From contig NMRA01000577.1 of assembly GCA_002633005.1 (NCBI GenBank), forward strand, positions 186,001-250,000: 64,000 bases of DNA, given 5' to 3'. A program made the position numbers and the translations under genes. The DNA comes from Phoronis australis. Taxonomy: Eukaryota > Animalia > Phoronida. This document shows positions 63,633-64,000 of the stretch, in pieces. The notes beneath the pieces are model-generated. The model was given only the letters and a program-made list of their open reading frames with translations, was not told the DNA's origin and ran no database searches. The first letter of the stretch is position 1. Each line of letters begins with the position of its first letter.

Positions 63633-63997
63633 CTATACATCTGCTTTGCGTACCCTAGAGCGAGTATTGTATCGGTTTGGCTGGCTTGAGCGGCGCTTCG
63701 ACACGATCTTAGTGACCTTTCGTTTCTTGGGCTTATCTGCGAGTGCATTGACCGCGTCCGTGAGGACACGTTTGCCATGACAGGTGGTACTAGAGCACTT
63801 TGCCTGACCCTGTGGCGATGAGCACAGTCGGAGCAGACTAGTCTTTGTTTGTTGCTCAACAAAGCTGTTCCTCAGCGGGCTGAGAACCATGGTTGCCTGG
63901 TTCACAAGATCGGATTTACTAAGATGGGAAGCACGAAGGCGTTTTGCTTCGGCTTTTCTGGGCTGGTTTTGCCTGACATTTTCCTTGCCAATTTTAT
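63633..63997 (-). CDS. Stop-containing terminal exon (DKIGKENVRQNQP...RYNTRSRVRKADV*, about 120 aa); candidate short KIF20A/MKLP2-like alternative tail, or the end of a nested gene
   Basis: The frame is open from the window edge to TAG at 63633. Contains a KEN box, the D-box-like KRVLTDAVN, SP sites and a basic NLS-like tail; ATTAAA at 63551-63556; possible acceptor TAG at 64000-63998. Confidence 0.7.
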
Positions 63998-64000
63998 CTA

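Overview
Eukaryotic (animal, probably an invertebrate), AT-rich draft-assembly DNA with two N-gaps and three single-N joins. The right half (37532-53523, minus strand) holds the last 14 coding exons of a KIF20B/MPP1-like kinesin-6 gene. All 14 have GT-AG boundaries and compatible phases, one exon is 3.6 kb, and together they encode about 1850 aa of coiled-coil stalk plus tail; the motor exons lie beyond position 64000. A separate stop-containing exon at 63633-63997 sits inside the upstream intron. It has a KEN box, a D-box-like motif and a basic tail, and resembles the short KIF20A/MKLP2 tail. This suggests one KIF20 gene makes both a short A-like and a long B-like kinesin via alternative last exons (best finding; inference). 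The left 35 kb has no intact gene that I can support and is filled with MITEs, foldback-type elements, a Penelope-like relic and possible FN3-like pseudo-exons. Helentron-type HINE (DINE-1-like) elements occur four times, and one is captured as both filled and empty alleles. Several apparent tandem duplications are uncollapsed haplotypes. Family assignments rest on remembered motifs, not database searches.
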